Of a stretch of 64,000 bases of DNA, positions 59,235 to 64,000 are shown one piece after another. Each line of letters opens with the position of its first letter. Positions within the stretch are counted from its first letter, which is position 1. The notes beneath the pieces were generated by a model. The model was not told the origin of the DNA. It saw only the letters and a list, made by a program, of their open reading frames with translations, and did not search any database. Source of the DNA: a virus; IMG/VR virus record IMGVR_UViG_3300045107_000159, positions 1 through 64,000 of that record, one strand, 5' to 3'. The position numbers and the translations under genes are program-made.

Positions 59235-59455
59235 GTCGGTAGAAGTCGGTAGAAAGACAAGTAGCCCCCTCACGCCCGCCAAACCCGCATGGGCCCGCTC
59301 ATCCCACTGAGCGTGCGAGTAGGACGGACGACAGGACGATGACGAGGAGCTCGCAACCTCGCCCGAAGAAAATTCAACAACGATCCCCCTCAACACCGGC
59401 GCTAGCCGCGCCTGGCCGTACTGCGTGTACGTGAGGGGCCTCATGGGAACGAACT

Positions 59456-59689
59456 ATGCACACGACGGAGGGAAAAGCGGCGAGCGCGGAAGAGAGCGGT
59501 TTCGCCGTCGATTACGAAAAATTTGTCACCGTGGTTAACGGCGTCATTGTCGGGTTTATCGACGGCGTCGTCGGCCAGCCGATTGGCGGCGCGCTCCTCG
59601 GAGTCGCGCGGGACGCGATTCGGCGCCGGGTAAAGGTTTCGCGCGAAGAGACTCGCGCAACGGAACACGCCGCAAGCGCGGCGTTGTAG
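59456..59689 (+). CDS. small hypothetical protein, 77 aa
   Basis: ATG ORF with hand-counted GC3 of ~73%. Weak RBS. Preferred over the antisense ORF 59441-59830. Confidence 0.4.
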   Translation: MHTTEGKAASAEESGFAVDYEKFVTVVNGVIVGFIDGVVGQPIGGALLGVARDAIRRRVKVSREETRATEHAASAAL

Positions 59690-59822
59690 CGGCCGGCTTA
59701 CTTGGAAGGGCCAATGCCACCGGCCGCTTTCTCTCACTTCACTCATCGGGGGCGGGTTCGCCCGCTCCCGAATTTTCAACCTAGAACCGCCGCTAGTAGC
59801 CGGCGGAAACGAAAGGAGCCTT

Positions 59823-60254
59823 ATGGGCAACAGCGCGAACGCGAAGAAGGAGCCGATGAAATTCGATTCCGAAAACAGGCCGTCCTATCGGCGGCCGCAG
59901 GCCGAAATCCTCTGCGATCTTCGCAGGGAAATCCCGGCGTCTCTTTTGAAGACGAAGACGATCAAGGGGACGGCGATTACGTACATTCCGTGGCACAAGG
60001 TCGTGGACATCCTCGACTGGTTCGCGCCGGGCTGGTCGCTGGAAGTTCGCGGGATTCACGGCTCGGGCGCGCAGACGATCATCACAATGCGTCTGACGAT
60101 CCCCGCGGCCGAAGGCGACATTCACCGCGAGGCGACCGGGATCGAAACAGAAGAAGTGACGGGCTACGGCGACACGTCGTCCAACGCCTCGGCGATGGCG
60201 CTCCGGCGCTGCGCGGCGATGTTCGGCGTCGGCAAATATCTCTACAACAAGTGA
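59823..60254 (+). CDS. Rad52/Sak-type single-strand annealing protein (tentative)
   Basis: AAAGGAG RBS. ITYIPWHKVVDILD ... SNASAMALRRCAAMFGVGKYLY resembles the Rad52/Rad22 (DUF1071-like) core ending in G-[LV]-G-[RK]-YLY. Lies immediately upstream of ssb. Confidence 0.55.
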   Translation: MGNSANAKKEPMKFDSENRPSYRRPQAEILCDLRREIPASLLKTKTIKGTAITYIPWHKVVDILDWFAPGWSLEVRGIHGSGAQTIITMRLTIPAAEGDIHREATGIETEEVTGYGDTSSNASAMALRRCAAMFGVGKYLYNK

Positions 60255-60261
60255 GGGGCGC

Positions 60262-60702
60262 ATGGCTTCGTTCAACAAGATCATCGTGGTCGGCTACCTG
60301 GTGCGCGCCCCGGAGCTCCGCTTCACGCCCGCCGGCAACCCGGTTTGCTCTTTCAATATCGCCAGCACTGAGAAGCAGGGCGACAAGGAGTACACGACCT
60401 GGTTCAAGGTCGCGGTGTGGGGCCGGCTAGCCGAAATCTGCAACGAGCGGCTTCGCAAGGGCGACCAGGTCTTCGTCGACGGCCGCTTGCGGCATGAGAC
60501 GTACACGCGCCGCGACGGCGAACCGGGCTGCACGCTCACACTCCAGGCCCAAAAAGTCGAGTTCATCGTTTTACGTGCGCGCCCGGAGGAGGACGGGCAG
60601 CGCGCGAGCGACGAGGGCGAAAGGTCGTCACCCACGCGACCTTCGCCCGGAGGCGAGTCGCGCCAGCGCAGCTTCGAGGAAGAGGACGACATCCCGTTTT
60701 AG
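60262..60702 (+). CDS. ssb: single-stranded DNA-binding protein
   Basis: OB-fold SSB signature MASFNKIIVVGYLVRAPELRFTPAGNPVCSFNIAS ... WFKVAVWGRLAE, and an acidic C-terminal tip EEEDDIPF. Confidence 0.9.
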   Translation: MASFNKIIVVGYLVRAPELRFTPAGNPVCSFNIASTEKQGDKEYTTWFKVAVWGRLAEICNERLRKGDQVFVDGRLRHETYTRRDGEPGCTLTLQAQKVEFIVLRARPEEDGQRASDEGERSSPTRPSPGGESRQRSFEEEDDIPF

Positions 60703-60943
60703 CTTTTCGAGTTCCGCGTTGATGTTCTTTCAAAATACTTCCCACTTCCGTAAGGGAGACGTTCGCGCCGTGACGAGAACCACGGCCTGGACGCGGAACT
60801 CGATGCAATCTCTCGGCCGGGCGCTTTGTGCGTTTCGGCTCGGCCGACGGCAGTTGAAATGCACACCTGATAGAAAAGCGCTTGTTACGGGGGCGGGAGA
60901 AATACCCGCTCCCGCTTTTTCCATTCTCAGAGGAGGTAATCAA

Positions 60944-61474
60944 ATGGCACAGGAGTACGCCGAAGCTCCCGTCGAGGTTGTGGAGCTGGCGAACCGCCTC
61001 ATCAACTCCCACCACACACACCTGGAGCCAATTCGAATCGAGTACCTGTTTTTGTCCGAGCCGATTTTAGAAAGGGGGAAAGACGTATGGGGGCGCGCCC
61101 GTAAGGTGACGGGGCTTAACGCGTACCTGGCCGCGAGAGAAAGGCCTCAAGAGGCCATCGAGCCGCGCGGATTCTTCGTGGTCGAGCTGGTCAAGAACAT
61201 CTGGAACCAGTTGGACTCAAAGTCGAAGGACGCCCTCATGGATCACGAACTAAGTCACTGTTGGGTGAACGATGACGGCTCGCTCGCGATCAAACCGCAC
61301 GACCTTGAGGAATTCAATTCAATCGTCCGACGTCACGGCCTGTGGCGCGCGGACATCGAATCCTTCCTTAACGCGGCGCGCGAACAGCGCTCCTTGTTTA
61401 CCGACAACGAAGATTACGAGGACGACGACGAGGCGGAGCGCGAGCCCCGCAGATCGCGTGAAGCCAATGCCTAA
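60944..61474 (+). CDS. phage metallopeptidase-domain protein (HExxH)
   Basis: AGGAGG RBS (60931-60936) before ATG 60944. LMDHELSHCWVNDDGSLAIKPHDLEEFNSIVRRHGLW matches the putative phage metallopeptidase family pattern. Acidic C-terminus. Confidence 0.6.
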   Translation: MAQEYAEAPVEVVELANRLINSHHTHLEPIRIEYLFLSEPILERGKDVWGRARKVTGLNAYLAARERPQEAIEPRGFFVVELVKNIWNQLDSKSKDALMDHELSHCWVNDDGSLAIKPHDLEEFNSIVRRHGLWRADIESFLNAAREQRSLFTDNEDYEDDDEAEREPRRSREANA

Positions 61475-61736
61475 CGATCAACAAGACGAGGAGGAATATT
61501 TCATCATGATCAAACCAGCCGTACCGCCAACGTTCATGCCGGCGCCGCAAGACACTCGCGCGGCGCTCAGAGCCGCCGAATCTGTTCTTGCTAAGTATGG
61601 CGCCAGCCTGTCGCCACATCAGCTTGGAGCCTTCACCGGAGCGGTGGCGCGCACAATCGCGCCTGCGGCCATCGACACGCCGACAACGCGCGCGGCCACG
61701 CCGAAAAGAGGGAAAGGAGGCGCGCAGGCCGCATGA
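61467..61736 (+). CDS. hypothetical protein, 89 aa (alternative start 61506)
   Basis: ATG overlaps the previous stop (ATGCCTAA). GC3-rich. Confidence 0.45.
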   Translation: MPNDQQDEEEYFIMIKPAVPPTFMPAPQDTRAALRAAESVLAKYGASLSPHQLGAFTGAVARTIAPAAIDTPTTRAATPKRGKGGAQAA

Positions 61737-62095
61737 GCGATCAGACCAACGTTCAACCCGACCCGGCCGCGCCGTCTCCGGACGGCCTCACCGACGCGCA
61801 GCGGCGTCTCGTGGCGCTCGATCTCCGCAAGAAGGAGATCACCGCGTATTACGAGGAGCTCGACCAGGTTCTTCCGCTCGTCGTGGCCGAGGTCGGCATC
61901 AACGGCTATTTCCAGGCGCCAGACGGCACCGTCTACAAGCTCCTGAAAGCGGAAGGAAAATTCGTCACATTCAAAGACTTCGATTTCCATCGCACGAAAC
62001 GCGAGGGGGAGTCGCGAGGAACTCTTTCCAAAGATGAAGCCGAAAAAGCCAAAGCAAACGGATTCAAACCGCTCGCCACGGCAACCAAAGTCTAA
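61733..62095 (+). CDS. hypothetical protein, 120 aa
   Basis: ATGA overlap with the previous ORF. GC3-rich. Confidence 0.55.
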   Translation: MSDQTNVQPDPAAPSPDGLTDAQRRLVALDLRKKEITAYYEELDQVLPLVVAEVGINGYFQAPDGTVYKLLKAEGKFVTFKDFDFHRTKREGESRGTLSKDEAEKAKANGFKPLATATKV

Positions 62096-62310
62096 AGGGT
62101 TCAGGCAAGGCTCGGCCGGATGGTGGCTCCAACAACGCGGTTGGGTTCCCGTTCGGCCGAAGCGCAAGAAGGGTGAGCCTTTCTTGCGTTTTCCCCTTTG
62201 GGCGATGGCAGGCCAAGGACATGCGCCGATCACCATGTCGGCCGCGATCGGCGTCGAGTGGGCGCGCATAAACAGGCAGTTCGAGAAAACAGTTAGCTGA
62301 AAGGGTGCCA

Positions 62311-63507
62311 ATGTCAGGGAAGATTGCAGGCGGAGTATGGGATTTGGCTATTCCACATCAACACGCTTGGGTGTTGATGGCCTTATCCGACCACGCCGAC
62401 CACGAGGGGAACAACGCCTATCCGGGCGTCGATCTGCTCGCGTGGAAAACGAACTATTCGGAGCGCCAAGTCCGCCGCATATTGGAATGGCTTGAGAAGA
62501 AAGAAATCATCGTGCGCGAGGGCGGCGGCCTCGGGCGCGGCAACATGGTTTCGTACCAGATCCTCCTCCAGAACGCCCCCAAAAAGCCCCCGCGCCAGCC
62601 CCGGAAAAAGTCGAAAAAAGCGCGCCAGGCGGAAAGAAAAAAAGTGGACAAAATGTCCACCTTTTCCGCGCCGGGTCAGGGGAAGCCCGGGCCGAAAAAA
62701 GCGGACATTTTGACCACCTTTCCCGCCGAGAAAAAAGTGGACATCCCGCCGAAAGAAAAGCGGACATTTTCGGCCGAAAATTCCGAAAAAGTGGACATTT
62801 CGGACAGTCCGCATGATAAGGACCGCGCGCGTATTAACCGTCCTAATGAACCGTCCATAGAACCGTCAGTAGAAGAAGCTCCTTCCACTCCCTTCGACAA
62901 CTTCGACGACCCGCTTTCCGCCCTCGCGCTCGCTATCGCCAGGGTGATGGGCTACGCCTCGGTTCCCGACGGCGTTGGCGGCGACCAGATCAACGCCCTG
63001 GCGGAGCTTTTCCTGGCGGCAGGCGTGACGCCGCAAGACGTGATTGACTTCGATGACGAATGGCACCGGAGGAAGGCCGGGAAGGGGCAGCGCTACGTGA
63101 TGACAATCCCGATTCTCCAGTCCGACGTTCCGACCTGGGTGCGCTCCCGGCGCAAGCAAAACGAAGCCGCGAGGCCGCGCCAGGCCGCGCCCGCCGCGCC
63201 GCTCCCCGACGTGCCTCCGCGCGCCAGGACTGGCAAGTGGGGGCAGGCGCTCGACCTTCTCGACGCGATGATCGGCCCCTTGAACGTCGCGTCGTGGATT
63301 GAGCCGCTCGACTTTCGAGGCGTCGAAAACTCTCAAGTCCGTTTGCACGCGGTCGATACGGTCTTTCGGGACTGGATCGGCCAAAACTACTCAACCCAAC
63401 TCTCCGACGCGCTGCGCGAGGCAGGCCTCGGGGACAAATTCGAAATCATCGTAGGAGGTTTAAATGGAAACTCAATTGCAACTGGCTCCGACGGGGCCGG
63501 CCGATGA
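62311..63507 (+). CDS. replication initiator: N-terminal winged-HTH, iteron-bearing linker, DnaA-N-like C-terminal domain
   Basis: N-terminus WVLMALSDHADHEGNNAYPGVDLLAWKTNYSERQVRRILEWLEKKEII is typical of phage/plasmid replication wHTH domains. C-terminus WGQALDLLDAMIGPLNVASWIEPL...LHAVDTVFRDWIGQNY resembles DnaA domain I. Start is ATG 62311 or GTG 62305. Confidence 0.6.
   Translation: MSGKIAGGVWDLAIPHQHAWVLMALSDHADHEGNNAYPGVDLLAWKTNYSERQVRRILEWLEKKEIIVREGGGLGRGNMVSYQILLQNAPKKPPRQPRKKSKKARQAERKKVDKMSTFSAPGQGKPGPKKADILTTFPAEKKVDIPPKEKRTFSAENSEKVDISDSPHDKDRARINRPNEPSIEPSVEEAPSTPFDNFDDPLSALALAIARVMGYASVPDGVGGDQINALAELFLAAGVTPQDVIDFDDEWHRRKAGKGQRYVMTIPILQSDVPTWVRSRRKQNEAARPRQAAPAAPLPDVPPRARTGKWGQALDLLDAMIGPLNVASWIEPLDFRGVENSQVRLHAVDTVFRDWIGQNYSTQLSDALREAGLGDKFEIIVGGLNGNSIATGSDGAGR
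62635..62867 (+). repeat. iteron cluster (candidate ori) inside the initiator gene
   Basis: Five AAAAG[TC]GGACA repeats with cores at 62644, 62701, 62737, 62760 and 62791. The first is part of the inverted repeat GTGGACA-AAA-TGTCCAC. These are followed by three AACCGTC repeats at 62836, 62849 and 62861. Confidence 0.65.
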
Positions 63508-64000
63508 CGTCCACGAAGCCGAGGTCGTCCCGGAGCTCGTCGCGCAGCGCCCGCTGTTCGACTATTCGTTCCTCGACGTGGATTCACAGATCAAGATTCG
63601 CCTGCTGACGAGCGAGATTAATTCCATCGCCAAACGAATGGCGAGCGATGTGGTCGAGATTGGAGGCAAGCTCGCCGAAGTGAAGGATCGCCTTGGCTCC
63701 GGCGACCGTTTCAAGGCGTATCTGGAGGCCGAACTCGGTTGGAGCGAGAGGCAGGCGTACAACTTCATGGCAGTTTGGCAGAAGTTCGCAAACGCAAATT
63801 TTTCAATCCAAAACATCGCGACGTCCGCGCTGTATTTGCTCGCAGCAGCGTCGACGCCGGCGTCCGCAGTCGAGAACGTGAAACAGCTCGTGGCCGAAGG
63901 CCACCACGTTTCGCACGACGAGGCGAAGACGATCATCGAAATACACAAGCAGGCAGAGGCCGAACAATCGCCGCCGCTTTTCGAGCCGCTCGACGAAGAA
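63464..64000 (+). CDS. DUF3102-like protein (partial, runs off the window end)
   Basis: AGGAGG RBS (63453-63458) before ATG 63464. Not in the ORF track because there is no stop in the window. My translation, ...EIGGKLAEVKDRLGSGDRFKAYLEAELGWSERQAYNFMAVWQKF..., resembles DUF3102 of phages and plasmids. Confidence 0.5.
   Translation, partial: METQLQLAPTGPADDVHEAEVVPELVAQRPLFDYSFLDVDSQIKIRLLTSEINSIAKRMASDVVEIGGKLAEVKDRLGSGDRFKAYLEAELGWSERQAYNFMAVWQKFANANFSIQNIATSALYLLAAASTPASAVENVKQLVAEGHHVSHDEAKTIIEIHKQAEAEQSPPLFEPLDEE

Noticed and set aside
59441-59830. 129-aa minus-strand ORF in the early-region spacer.
   Set aside because: It is antisense to a + strand ORF (59456-59689) that has the expected GC3 bias and orientation. 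Its peptide is R/P-rich.
62034-62300. 88-aa + strand ORF between 61733-62095 and the initiator gene.
   Set aside because: Its 5' part overlaps the preceding gene in another frame and is K/R/P-rich. The 3' part has moderate GC3, so a short real gene with a later start cannot be excluded, but I see no start or RBS that I trust.

Overview
GC-rich window (roughly 60-65% GC by eye) that reads as one temperate tailed-phage genome, either a prophage or a circularly permuted phage contig. I found no clear host flank, tRNA, rRNA, CRISPR array or transposase. Layout: (i) A ~48-kb rightward late block (1.3-49.5 kb, + strand) carries a Zn-ribbon protein, small and large terminase, six small ORFs, an 802-aa portal candidate, a Q-rich scaffold-like protein, a capsid candidate bracketed by intrinsic terminators, and ~12 head/tail ORFs. 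It ends with a 2,684-aa beta-helix fibre/depolymerase-like protein, a LamG-like protein and a single 16.9-kb ORF (5,630 aa). That ORF has lytic-transglycosylase, ART-like, 2H-phosphoesterase, N6-adenine methyltransferase, Sno/SNF2-type helicase and HExxH peptidase signatures, i.e. a polyvalent, DarB-like ejected-protein architecture. The two giant ORFs occupy ~39% of the window. (ii) A leftward, lower-GC arm (49.8-58.3 kb, - strand) carries a tyrosine integrase, an RHH regulator and about a dozen small Cys-rich, membrane or secreted accessory ORFs. (iii) A divergent RHH/RHH switch lies at 58.31-58.40 kb. The rightward early arm (58.4-64 kb, probably continuing into 1-1.2 kb if circular) carries an excisionase-like HTH, a Rad52/Sak-like annealase, SSB, an HExxH metallopeptidase, a replication initiator with internal iterons, and a DUF3102-like protein. 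The most noteworthy signals not explained by ordinary annotation are these. Two stretches inside the 5,630-aa ORF have the codon-position GC signature in the +1 frame (protein-like embedded ORFs 40720-41172 and 45403-45618). An AT-rich dyad 11-mer, GCAAAATTTGC, occurs 7 times exactly, in different reading frames. A 14-bp palindrome, TGCTAGTACTAGCA, occurs five times in the leftward arm. An orphan promoter / two hairpins / terminator unit (candidate sRNA) sits between the convergent arms. Three consecutive proteins of the structural block carry Sec-type signal peptides. All family names are motif recognition by eye, not search results.
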